Shown piece by piece: positions 8,698 to 17,230 of a DNA stretch of 51,263 nucleotides (positions are counted from its first letter, which is position 1; the number at the start of each line of letters is the position of its first letter). This stretch comes from a virus. Location of the stretch: IMG/VR virus record IMGVR_UViG_3300045988_171568; one strand, written 5' to 3'. Position numbers and translations under genes: made by a program. A model generated the notes under the pieces. That model was given only the letters and a program-made list of their open reading frames with translations, searched no databases and was not told where the DNA came from.

Positions 8698-9545
8698 ATA
8701 TGGACTTAACAAAAAAAATAGATTATTCGATAAGCCTTTTAAGAAAGTGTGAAAACATGGCTCTTGAAATGGATCCTGAAAACGGCTTTTATTTAGCTTT
8801 TTCTGGGGGGAAAGATTCACAGGTCTTGTTTCATTTAGCTATAATGAGTGGTGTAAAATTTAAAGCTCACATGAATCTCACGAGTGTAGATCCTCCGGAA
8901 GTTATCAGATTTGTAAAACAACATTATCCTGATGTAGTACTGATAAAGCCTAGAATGAGTATTTATGATATGGTAAAAAAAAGAGGATGTCTTCCTACTA
9001 AAAGAGTCAGATGGTGCTGTGAAGAATTTAAAGAAATGTCAGGAGCCGGTAAGGTTACGTTAATCGGAATAAGGCGAGAGGAAAGCGCAAGAAGATCGAA
9101 GCGTAATGAGGTAGAAATGGATAATTATAAATTCAGAGGAAGCTTTGACCAGTGGAGCGAGCATCGCGAAAAAATGGTGACTTGCGTGGGAGGGAAAGAT
9201 AAAATAATTGTCAGTCCGATACTCTACTGGACGAGCCGCGATGTTTGGGAGTTCCTTAGCTCAAACGACATACCTCATTGCAGTCTTTACGACAAAGGGT
9301 ATAAAAGAATAGGTTGCATACTCTGTCCAATGTCAAATTATAAACAAAAGATTAGAGAGATAAGAGATTATCCGCATGTTAAAAGAAATTGGATAAAAGC
9401 TATAGAGTGGATGATGGAAAATAAATGGACTGAAAAACGTTTAGCAGATAATCCTGAAATGGCTTTCAACTGGTGGATAAGCGGAAAATCTTTCAAACAG
9501 TTTTATGCAGATGAATATTTGCAACAAAAAATAAATTTTGATTAA
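8688..9545 (+). CDS. PAPS-reductase / PP-loop ATPase family protein (phage IbrA/DndC-like)
   Basis: 285 aa. PP-loop LAFSGGKDSQV. C-terminal Cys cluster RIGCILCPM. Confidence 0.75.
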   Translation: MELDMDLTKKIDYSISLLRKCENMALEMDPENGFYLAFSGGKDSQVLFHLAIMSGVKFKAHMNLTSVDPPEVIRFVKQHYPDVVLIKPRMSIYDMVKKRGCLPTKRVRWCCEEFKEMSGAGKVTLIGIRREESARRSKRNEVEMDNYKFRGSFDQWSEHREKMVTCVGGKDKIIVSPILYWTSRDVWEFLSSNDIPHCSLYDKGYKRIGCILCPMSNYKQKIREIRDYPHVKRNWIKAIEWMMENKWTEKRLADNPEMAFNWWISGKSFKQFYADEYLQQKINFD

Positions 9546-10035
9546 TATGAAAATCACAGCAATACCAGGGACAGAGCTTGAATCAGTATTCAAGCAGTTC
9601 TATGAACAGATGAAGAGTGAACAAGAATTAGTTTTGAAAGTGATAACAGAGTTTACTGGTGTAAAGCCAGTAAACTTTGGATATTACTGGATTTTTGGAT
9701 ATACATGTAAATGGGCATACGATATGGTACGTTTTCCTGAAGACAGTAATCCAGCTCATATGATTTCTTACACTATAAATGGCAAGACTTATTTTAAGCC
9801 AAACAAAAGGCTTATAATATCAAAGGCTTTTATAAAAAAATGGTGTGAAACTTTTAAAGGTTTAAATGGCAATATACTAACAAAATATGGTATTCCGGTT
9901 ATGGATGATAATTCTGGAAGATACGTTAACTGGCTTCCCTGTTATGTAAATGATAAATATGGAATTGTGGTTCCTTCATCATTACTTGATTATATGCCTA
10001 ATATTAAAAACAAACAATACAACATTGAGTTATGA
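9538..10035 (+). CDS. Hypothetical protein; candidate partner (toxin?) of the downstream Panacea-like protein
   Basis: 165-aa ORF in an AT-rich stretch. Its stop overlaps the next start (ATGA). Confidence 0.4.
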   Translation: MINMKITAIPGTELESVFKQFYEQMKSEQELVLKVITEFTGVKPVNFGYYWIFGYTCKWAYDMVRFPEDSNPAHMISYTINGKTYFKPNKRLIISKAFIKKWCETFKGLNGNILTKYGIPVMDDNSGRYVNWLPCYVNDKYGIVVPSSLLDYMPNIKNKQYNIEL

Positions 10036-10571
10036 TAGATGGAGAATATAAAAGGAAACTAAAACTTGAATGTTTTGAATATATAATTTTTAAGTTTAAA
10101 AAATGGTACGAAGAAGATGGCAGATTAGATTTTTCCGACATGATGTCAAGGTTAAAAGCACAAAAACTTCTATTTTTTTGTGCTGTCATTAAAAATCCTT
10201 ATGGAGAGGATTTATTAAACATCTTTAATAAGTGGCATTTAACTTCTACTGGATTTCTAGAATCAGAAATTTATTATGCTATGGTTGATGATAGTTTTGA
10301 AAACATGAGAATTAAGGATTTTATTTTTTCTTTTAAAACAAAAAATTTTCAATCAAACCTAAGTAGTTATTATAAAGAAAAAATAGACATTGCGATAGGT
10401 TGCTTAAAAGTAGTAAGTCCTAAACTAATACACAAACATGCTTTTGAATTATCTGATTTACACAAGTGCTGGATATTATGGCAAGCTGGATGGATTACTT
10501 CTAAATCATTAAACAAAAGTTGTATACAAGTTTCTACTGATGAAATAAGAAAATGTAAACCTATATTTTAA
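10032..10571 (+). CDS. Possible Panacea (DUF4065/SocA-like) domain protein
   Basis: 179 aa. SRLKAQKLLFFCAVI ... FNKWHLTSTGFLESEIYYAM resembles the KLQKLLYF ... F.AW.yGPv...vY pattern of DUF4065. Assignment made by eye only. Confidence 0.35.
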   Translation: MIDGEYKRKLKLECFEYIIFKFKKWYEEDGRLDFSDMMSRLKAQKLLFFCAVIKNPYGEDLLNIFNKWHLTSTGFLESEIYYAMVDDSFENMRIKDFIFSFKTKNFQSNLSSYYKEKIDIAIGCLKVVSPKLIHKHAFELSDLHKCWILWQAGWITSKSLNKSCIQVSTDEIRKCKPIF

Positions 10572-10580
10572 AATAATATT

Positions 10581-10793
10581 ATGAATAAGAAAGAAGAATT
10601 AGCAAAAATATTTGCTTCAGGAAGTAATGTTCCAACCTTAAAAATTTTGAGAGAGCTTTCATTTATTGAAGGTTGGGATGCATGCATGGAACATCTTGCT
10701 TCATTGCCGTTGGATGAAGCTGCAAACGAAATAGTATATTGGCGGACAAATGGTTCGGAAAGATATTGTAAATCAAAGGAGGATAGAATATGA
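10581..10793 (+). CDS. Hypothetical protein
   Basis: 70-aa ORF. Confidence 0.35.
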   Translation: MNKKEELAKIFASGSNVPTLKILRELSFIEGWDACMEHLASLPLDEAANEIVYWRTNGSERYCKSKEDRI

Positions 10794-10984
10794 GTAATAA
10801 AACACATCAGCCAAATAGCGAAAGCAAAATAATTGAACTTGATACTGTTCTTGAATATAAGGATGGTGAGGTATTCATCAACAAGATGAATACAAACGAA
10901 ATGCCGGCAACACTGACATTTGCTCTTGTTCTATCATTAAATAAAACGATTGTTGAATATTATAAATCACGAGATAAGAAATGA
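10790..10984 (+). CDS. Hypothetical protein
   Basis: 64-aa ORF with 4-nt overlaps on both sides. Confidence 0.35.
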   Translation: MSNKTHQPNSESKIIELDTVLEYKDGEVFINKMNTNEMPATLTFALVLSLNKTIVEYYKSRDKK

Positions 10985-11548
10985 ACCTGAACGAACTAAA
11001 AGATATAGCCTACCAGTGCGCAGTTGCGCACGGTTGGCACAAGGAATCATTAACAGATGATCATTGGCTTTGCCTGGTTATTTCCGAGCTGATGGAAGCA
11101 GTAGAAGCCGACCGGAAAAACAAGCATGCAGATGTAGAACTATTTAATTACATCATTGATGATAACCTTCGGGAAAAACATTTGTATGGTAGTGAATATG
11201 AATTGTCTTATGTACAAGTCTTCGAAAATTACATTAAAGACAGCGTAGAAGATGAACTTGCAGATGCATGTATCCGCCTGTTAGATTATGCAGGACTAAA
11301 AGGTTTACGATCTGGATAATTACGACTACGAGGGAAGCGATACAGAAGATTATTCTGATATGACGTTTACCGAGGCTGTTTTTTTAATTGTAAAATACAT
11401 TACAGACAATTTTTATAAGCCGGACGAACTGCTGAACGAAATCTTTGCTTTCAGTGCTTCTATTAAAGTAAATATCATGTGGCATATCCAGGAGAAAATG
11501 AAATACAACCAATTAAGAAGCGACAAACATGGAAACAAAGCATATTGA
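10981..11548 (+). pseudogene. MazG-like all-alpha NTP pyrophosphohydrolase, split by a +1 frame change near 11297-11305
   Basis: The N-terminal part (10981-11319) has AHGWH...ISELMEAVEA...ELADACIRLLDYAG. The second frame is open from 11300 (KVYDLDNYDYEG...) and ends in the family-typical tail MKYNQLRSDKHGNKAY (11360-11548 in the ORF track). Confidence 0.55.
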
Positions 11549-11801
11549 AAAGAAAACCGTTACACGATATAAGTTTGATATATCCCTTGCAAAAAAGATA
11601 CAGAACAAAGAAATTGAAGGCAAGATTGTGACACGCGACGGACGTAATGTAAGGATCCTGTGCTTTGACAGAAATTCGATAGACTGTATTGTAGTGCTTA
11701 TTGACAACAAAAGCTGGGAAATGATAGAATCTTATACTTTAGACGGTGCTCTTTACGATTTAGGCATAGAAAGCCCGCTAGATTTATTTATATACTGCTA
11801 G
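11529..11801 (+). CDS. Hypothetical protein
   Basis: 90-aa ORF. Confidence 0.35.
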   Translation: METKHIEKKTVTRYKFDISLAKKIQNKEIEGKIVTRDGRNVRILCFDRNSIDCIVVLIDNKSWEMIESYTLDGALYDLGIESPLDLFIYC

Positions 11802-11859
11802 TTCTTATTCGGATAAAACAGAAGATAAATAAGAAATAAACACTTTTTTTCGCAAATAC

Positions 11860-11891
11860 CTTGTATTAGACTAAAATTTATACTACATTTG
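11860..11891 (+). promoter_or_regulatory. Bacteroides-type promoter of cassette A
   Basis: cTTG (11860-11863), N20, TAcaTTTG (11884-11891). The predicted start is about 6-8 nt downstream, at the first base of the long helix. Confidence 0.55.
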
Positions 11892-11894
11892 CGA

Positions 11895-12078
11895 TACCTT
11901 ACATTACGACATAGGGCAAGCGAGAGTTTGCCAACATATATCTGCTGGCATTTTTTATGCCAGTAAATTTCCGCATATAAAAATATAGCGGCTTTGTACC
12001 CCCGTGTGGAGTGTTAATGCACCCACTGCCCTTGTCGGTGTAAGGTAACGGGAAAGGCAAAGCCGTTTTCTTTTGCCT
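11895..12078 (+). ncRNA. Structured 5' leader RNA, copy A (unclassified; paralog at 34204-34378)
   Basis: A long-range helix of about 21 bp (11895-11918 with 12027-12047) encloses three hairpins. It also encloses a 26-nt block, CCCGTGTGGAGTGTTAATGCACCCAC (12001-12026), identical in copy B. A further hairpin lies at 12055-12078. Confidence 0.6.
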
Positions 12079-12104
12079 GTAATGCCAATAAATACCTTAT
12101 AGAC

Positions 12105-12353
12105 ATGGCAACAATTACATTAAACAAAACAAAGTCCAGCACTATACAGCAATGGCTGGATAGCGAGAACAGTATTATTACCTCTATCATGGAGGAATCC
12201 GTATCAAACCGCCAGACACTTCTTCTGTCAAACGCTATGCTGGCATTTTCCGTTATGGTATGCTCTGCATTTCTTCACTGGGCAGCTGCATTGATTTGCC
12301 TTATTTGGTTTGTCCTCTCACTTATTATGTGCCGGAAAGGAGGTTTGCGATGA
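12105..12353 (+). CDS. Small two-TM membrane protein (cassette A)
   Basis: 82 aa. Hydrophobic LLLSNAMLAFSVMVCSAFLHWAAALICLIWFVLSLIM followed by CRKGGLR. About 85% identical to 34420-34677. Confidence 0.65.
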   Translation: MATITLNKTKSSTIQQWLDSENSIITSIMEESVSNRQTLLLSNAMLAFSVMVCSAFLHWAAALICLIWFVLSLIMCRKGGLR

Positions 12354-12586
12354 AAATACAGGGAGTCAGACTAACAGACCGTGCGCTGGGGCTGATACAC
12401 ACTTTACAGGAAAACAACAATGCCAGTATCGAGTGCATTGCCGAAGGTATCTATGAAATCGAAGAAATAGTATTAAACCGTGAGGCTGACGCAAGCAACG
12501 ACGATCGTCTTATTATGATGCAGACACTTCGCGATATCCGTCACCTTCTCGACGAACTGAAGGTTATTCCAGGATACAGTTATTAG
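12350..12586 (+). CDS. Small acidic helical protein (cassette A); paralogs at 31121-31363 and 34674-34910
   Basis: 78 aa starting at MKIQG. ATGA overlap with the membrane gene. AAGGAGG lies 6 nt upstream. The ORF-track start at 12260 is an out-of-context extension. Confidence 0.65.
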   Translation: MKIQGVRLTDRALGLIHTLQENNNASIECIAEGIYEIEEIVLNREADASNDDRLIMMQTLRDIRHLLDELKVIPGYSY

Positions 12587-12717
12587 CCGTCCGGATGGTG
12601 TATACATTCATTTTCCCGACAAGGTTCCGCAACCGTGCTGCTGTCCGGTATTCACGTCGGGAAAATGGCGAGTCATTTATCGAAAACATACACTAAAATT
12701 ATACGAAAGTATACTTA

Positions 12718-12762
12718 AGAAGGGATATAGTAAACTTGCTTTATTATATCCCTTCTTTCTTA
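12718..12762 (+). terminator. Intrinsic terminator of cassette A
   Basis: 12-bp stem AGAAGGGATATA / TATATCCCTTCT (12718-12729 with 12745-12756), followed by a T-rich tract. Confidence 0.6.
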
Positions 12763-12842
12763 TGTAAAAATCCCCCGAACCCCCTGAATTAAAATATTTG
12801 CAGACACGCGTAATTTTGCACGCAGAATTTTGCGAAAAATGC

Positions 12843-13198
12843 GACCAACAGACCAACAGACCAACATTTCAAAAAACGGCAAATACAGCATAAAACCATA
12901 ACACGCTGATATATAGATATATATATTATTTTATTAAAGTATATATATATAAAAAAGTTGTTGGTCGCTGTTGGTCGCTGTTGGTCCGTGTTGGTCGCTG
13001 TTGGTCGGAGTGTTGGTCCGGATATTTCGAATGTTGGTCTGCTCGGACCAACAAAATACCCCATTTTTCGGGCTTTGTTGGTCGTGTTGGACGCCGACCA
13101 ACAGTAAAAGAATACTTAGTAAACTTTGTTTTGTCGCTGAAAATCACTAACTTTGCTTATGTCGAATCACGCTTTGTTGGTCTGTTGGTCTGTTGGTC
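12843..13198. repeat. Iteron array: 16 perfect copies of the octamer TGTTGGTC/GACCAACA flanking an AT-rich tract; candidate phage replication origin
   Basis: Reverse-orientation copies start at 12843, 12851, 12859, 13046 and 13096. Forward copies start at 12959, 12969, 12979, 12989, 12999, 13011, 13032, 13076, 13175, 13183 and 13191, with an imperfect copy at 13086. A (TA)n-rich segment spans 12909-12956. Confidence 0.8.
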
Positions 13199-13236
13199 GC
13201 AAAAAATTAGAAAAGCAAGGCAAAAAATTTTTTTTT

Positions 13237-13725
13237 ATGATAACCACATCTATTACTTTAACCCCATATCTTGCCGAATATCTCCGCGGAAAGTATGCAT
13301 CCGGATCGGATAATGTTGTAAACATACCCGATTCTTCGGACTTGTATCACGTAATCTGGAACTACATGTCGCGCCGCCCTTCAGACGTGACCGAAACATC
13401 CGGAAATATTACGATTGCTCTTCCCTGCCGGCGCGAAGGAAAGGATCCTGCTATATACAATTATCTATCTGAACGTGCAGTGCGCTGCGTAGACAAGGCA
13501 GTGCGCCGTGAGTTCAATCAGGAGCTTCACTCCTTTCTGCTTGAGAACGATCAGCGCGGACACCTGTTCGATAACATTGATGTAGTGCTTCAGTTCATCA
13601 ACATGTATCGCCTGGAAAGTATTACCGAAGATGCCTTGCTGAAAAATTTCTACCGCTGGAGGGAAAACCTGCGCAAGCGGAAAGCACGCCGCGAACGGAA
13701 AAAGGGATTGATTGGTATTTTATAG
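13237..13725 (+). CDS. Hypothetical protein with a basic C-terminus, directly downstream of the iteron array
   Basis: 162 aa from MITTSITL. C-terminal RWRENLRKRKARRERKKG. The ORF-track start at 13153 lies inside the repeats. Confidence 0.5.
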   Translation: MITTSITLTPYLAEYLRGKYASGSDNVVNIPDSSDLYHVIWNYMSRRPSDVTETSGNITIALPCRREGKDPAIYNYLSERAVRCVDKAVRREFNQELHSFLLENDQRGHLFDNIDVVLQFINMYRLESITEDALLKNFYRWRENLRKRKARRERKKGLIGIL

Positions 13726-13839
13726 CGTTAAAGAAATTTAAAAACTATCCGACAAAGTGTATCTATTTGTCCGTTTTCAGTGGTAAATATGGCTTAACAT
13801 GTCGGTGTAAATGGCGAATTATTTAATAGTCAGTTTATT

Positions 13840-14196
13840 ATGAGTAAAAAAAATAAAGAATTTTCTATTGTCATACGGTTTATTCCGGTAAACCGTATGC
13901 AACAGGAAGAATACACATTTCTTTCTGAAGAATTTGACTTCTCTCCTTCCGCTTCATCCGATTCAGGAGGTACGATTTTTCTGTGCGACATGGAGCGTGT
14001 AGTTTCCCGCCCCGAAAAAGAGGTTCTTAAAGAGTTCAATATATTGCGTTCTGGCATTTTGGTATTCCGCGATACCAGCGGAAATATGTATCAGGTAGGA
14101 ACTTCCGACATTCCGGCACGCGTTATGCTTTCGCCCAACCTCAATTCGGCACAGCTTGTAGTAAAATGTTCTATGCTTCAGTCGCCTCTGGTATAG
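13840..14196 (+). CDS. Hypothetical protein
   Basis: 118-aa ORF. Confidence 0.4.
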   Translation: MSKKNKEFSIVIRFIPVNRMQQEEYTFLSEEFDFSPSASSDSGGTIFLCDMERVVSRPEKEVLKEFNILRSGILVFRDTSGNMYQVGTSDIPARVMLSPNLNSAQLVVKCSMLQSPLV

Positions 14197-14247
14197 TCCT
14201 ATATATTATAATAATGTATATCTACATTTGCTTAAAACAAATAGCAA

Positions 14248-15186
14248 ATGAAACAGTCACAGAAAGATCTTCAGCAGCTTTTGCTTTCTCGCCAGTTGAT
14301 GTTTATAACCGCAGAAGGATATGCTTCTGCGGTTGCCGAAGCGTTCAGCGACGAATGCAAGGATGCCGATAAAAGCATACTTTACCATGATCTGTCAAAA
14401 AACATGTGTGAGCAGATGTCGCTTCAGGTTTCCGAAGACAATCCGGTAAACTTTACTACCGAATACACTTCCGAAGAAATTCCTGAAGGGACACTGGCTT
14501 ACTATCCAGTTTTCGGAATTATCACTTCAGACAGTTTATGGCGTTTTTCTTCCAAGAGGTTCGAAAAAGAACTTCTGGACTCTGAAAGCAATCCTAATAT
14601 TTCAGCACACTTTCTTCATATTTCTTCGCCTGGTGGAGAAGCGTTCTATCTCGATCGCTTATCACAGACCATGAGTGATTTGACAAAGCCGGTGGTTGCA
14701 TACGTTGAGAAGACGTGTGCTTCTGCCGCATATCTGATAGCATGCCACGCCGACAAGGTGATGGCTGCTACCGGATATGATAAAATAGGATCTATAGGTA
14801 CTGTCGCGCAGATGTATGACGATACTGCCTGGATGGAAAAATACGGATATAAGATACACACTTACCGGGCTACTGCATCCGACCTTAAGAATAAGGTTAT
14901 GGACGATGCTGTTTCCGGCAAAGGTGAAGAATATATTAAAAGATTCCTGAACCCGCTGAACGATATGTTTATCCGGGAAGTGAGAAATAACCGACCGATG
15001 CTTGCCGAAGCTAAGGCAGAAGATCCTGTTTTGCGTGGAGAACTCTACTTTACGCCCGAAGCTGTTCAGGTAGGTCTGATAGACAAGCAGGCTACTTTTG
15101 CTGAAGCTGTAGCCGAAACTCAGTTGCTTGTAAAAGAAAAAGACATTCAGCGAACAAAAAATCAATTAATAAGTATCATTCTCTAA
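14248..15186 (+). CDS. S49 (SppA/ClpP-fold) prohead maturation protease
   Basis: 312 aa. Contains HISSPGGEA and CASAAYLIAC motifs. Sits directly upstream of the capsid gene. Confidence 0.8.
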   Translation: MKQSQKDLQQLLLSRQLMFITAEGYASAVAEAFSDECKDADKSILYHDLSKNMCEQMSLQVSEDNPVNFTTEYTSEEIPEGTLAYYPVFGIITSDSLWRFSSKRFEKELLDSESNPNISAHFLHISSPGGEAFYLDRLSQTMSDLTKPVVAYVEKTCASAAYLIACHADKVMAATGYDKIGSIGTVAQMYDDTAWMEKYGYKIHTYRATASDLKNKVMDDAVSGKGEEYIKRFLNPLNDMFIREVRNNRPMLAEAKAEDPVLRGELYFTPEAVQVGLIDKQATFAEAVAETQLLVKEKDIQRTKNQLISIIL

Positions 15187-15197
15187 ATTATTCAGTT

Positions 15198-17192
15198 ATG
15201 AATTTCAAGGAAAAAGTTCAAAAAGTATTTCAGAAGTTGGGTTGGACCGCAACTAAGGAATCCATGGATGCAATGACTGCGGAAAAATGGCAAGAATTAT
15301 TCAAAGCGTACAAAGAAGAATTTTCTGTCGATTTTAAAGCAGACATGGAGGCTTACACTCAAGAACAAGCCAACTTGCCAGGTCAGAAAGAAATCACAGA
15401 AGCATACAATATAATGAAAGGTATTATATGCCCTGACCAATCTTCTGCTACCGGCGAACAGCAAAAAGATCAGTCTTCTTCTCAGGAGCAGCCTACAGGA
15501 AAGCAGGTGCTTGATATGGCTATGGCTATTCAGGCAACTATGTCGGCAATGGCAAAAAATGCAGCTCCCGACGTTCCGGCTGCAACAGTTTCTACTGCCG
15601 GAATCATTGGCTTTGTTGGAAACGCACCGGAAGAGAAGTTCCTCTATGGTATCGACAATCCGTTCTTTTCAATGGAAAAGCCCTGGAACCAGGTAGGCAA
15701 ACCGGGATTCTCTTTGCCAAGCGACAAAAAAACGGCTGCTGCCTTTGCTGCCGAAGTAGAATCTTTCTCTGCAAGTCTGCAAGACCGTTACAATTATCTT
15801 CAGAAGCACAATCAGCTAAATGCTGAAAAGCTGGCAGCCGGAGAATTTACTACCGACTATTCTCAGGTTACATCCATGAAGGGAGGCGACCAGTATCTTA
15901 TCCGCCGACAGGATGCTATTATCGCACGCGTACTGTCTATCCGTCAGCTTACGCAGTATTTCCCTGTTCGTTACGGTATTCAGGACCGTGATGTAATTTT
16001 CAATGCCTTCTTCGGCGAAACTTCACAGGCTTATCAGACTGGAGAAGTCTACAAGGGAGATATGGAAATTGCACCGGAAATGGGTTACGTAGACGATGCC
16101 ATGATCAAGATGAAGTTCGGTCCTATGAAAGAACTTGAACGCATGTATATCGGCTACCTGAACCGTGAAGGTTCCGATCCTATCAAATGGTCTATGATTG
16201 AGTTTGCCGTAATGGGAGCTTTGGAAACTGCTCAGCGCGAACAGAACATGCGCCGTATGCGCGGTATTTATGTGAAACCAGAAACAGGTGTTGCCGGTTC
16301 TTATCTCAATGCCGGTACTGGTGTACTGTATACGCTTATCCGTCTGGCTCATGAAAACAAGCTGCTGCTGAATGATACTATTACCGCCTACGACGAAGCT
16401 ACCATGCTCGATACCGTTCAGAACTTCCACTCTCAGATTTTGGCTAAGGTATCAGAAGACATGAGCCTCGAAAATCATGTAATGTATCTGAACGAAAATC
16501 ATAAGCAGTGGTGGATTGCTTGTATCCGTGAGAAATATGGCAATCAGCAGGACTTTACCGGACCTGGAAGCTATATGAATGTCATTCCGGATACTGACAT
16601 GCGCATTATCTGGCTGCCTTATCTGGGACAGTTGCCGTTCATGATGATTCAGGAGCCGGGTAACATTCAGTTCCTCGAAAATCTGCCTGGCGAAATGATG
16701 GCTATTCAGACAGAAATGCAGATGGAAATGGTTCGTGCGTGGTCTGTATGGAAAGAAGGATGTTCTCCTGCCTTCTGCGGAAAGAACTTTACTTCGGCTG
16801 ATAAGCTGAAAGAAAACGACTATCAGTTCCAGCAGATCTTCATGGTGAAACCTTCTGTCAAGCTGGATGCCGATGCAGTTACGGCTGATGCTTCAAAAGG
16901 ATTCTGGTTTGTTACCGGAACAAATACCGGAACAAAGGATCTTACCAGCATCGACAAAGCCAAGAAAGGTGTTGCCTACATTATCGAATGTGGTGATATT
17001 ACCAACGTTACCAGCGTACAGAAGTCCGGTAACTTCGATTCTATCGAAAGCGCATGGACTCCTACTGCTGTTGGCGATTACATTATGGTTAAGCTTGACA
17101 GTAAGAACAAGTTCATCGAGCTTGAAAGATGTGTCGGAGGTACACGTACAATCAATGTTAAGGCACAGCCTAATGTTCCGGGTGCAAGATAA
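15198..17192 (+). CDS. Major capsid protein (with an N-terminal scaffold-like or delta extension)
   Basis: 664 aa. Positioned after the protease. Helical and low-complexity N-terminus. Followed by a strong hairpin. No motif-level proof. Confidence 0.55.
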   Translation: MNFKEKVQKVFQKLGWTATKESMDAMTAEKWQELFKAYKEEFSVDFKADMEAYTQEQANLPGQKEITEAYNIMKGIICPDQSSATGEQQKDQSSSQEQPTGKQVLDMAMAIQATMSAMAKNAAPDVPAATVSTAGIIGFVGNAPEEKFLYGIDNPFFSMEKPWNQVGKPGFSLPSDKKTAAAFAAEVESFSASLQDRYNYLQKHNQLNAEKLAAGEFTTDYSQVTSMKGGDQYLIRRQDAIIARVLSIRQLTQYFPVRYGIQDRDVIFNAFFGETSQAYQTGEVYKGDMEIAPEMGYVDDAMIKMKFGPMKELERMYIGYLNREGSDPIKWSMIEFAVMGALETAQREQNMRRMRGIYVKPETGVAGSYLNAGTGVLYTLIRLAHENKLLLNDTITAYDEATMLDTVQNFHSQILAKVSEDMSLENHVMYLNENHKQWWIACIREKYGNQQDFTGPGSYMNVIPDTDMRIIWLPYLGQLPFMMIQEPGNIQFLENLPGEMMAIQTEMQMEMVRAWSVWKEGCSPAFCGKNFTSADKLKENDYQFQQIFMVKPSVKLDADAVTADASKGFWFVTGTNTGTKDLTSIDKAKKGVAYIIECGDITNVTSVQKSGNFDSIESAWTPTAVGDYIMVKLDSKNKFIELERCVGGTRTINVKAQPNVPGAR

Positions 17193-17208
17193 ATCATTTT
17201 ACTAACAG

Positions 17209-17230
17209 GAAGGGGCATAAAGGCCCCTTC
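17209..17230 (+). terminator. Stem-loop after the capsid gene (attenuator or partial terminator)
   Basis: 8-bp GC-rich stem GAAGGGGC/GCCCCTTC with no T-run. Confidence 0.4.

Noticed and set aside
12260-12349. Upstream extensions of the small acidic protein ORFs (track starts at 12260 and 34407)
   Set aside because: The extensions overlap the membrane-protein genes out of frame and are not conserved between the copies. The conserved start is MKIQG, with AAGGAGG upstream and an ATGA overlap.
12843-13198. Could the repeat array be a CRISPR array?
   Set aside because: The repeat unit is only 8 bp, the copies abut or lie 2-40 bp apart in both orientations, there are no spacer-sized unique segments, and there are no cas genes.
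12789-13313. Three ORF-track ORFs (12789-13064 -, 12926-13147 -, 12981-13313 +) with repetitive peptides such as QQRPTATN and CWSECWSG
   Set aside because: They are translations of the TGTTGGTC/GACCAACA iteron array in different frames. The repetitive, overlapping, both-strand pattern is an artefact of the DNA repeats, not coding sequence.
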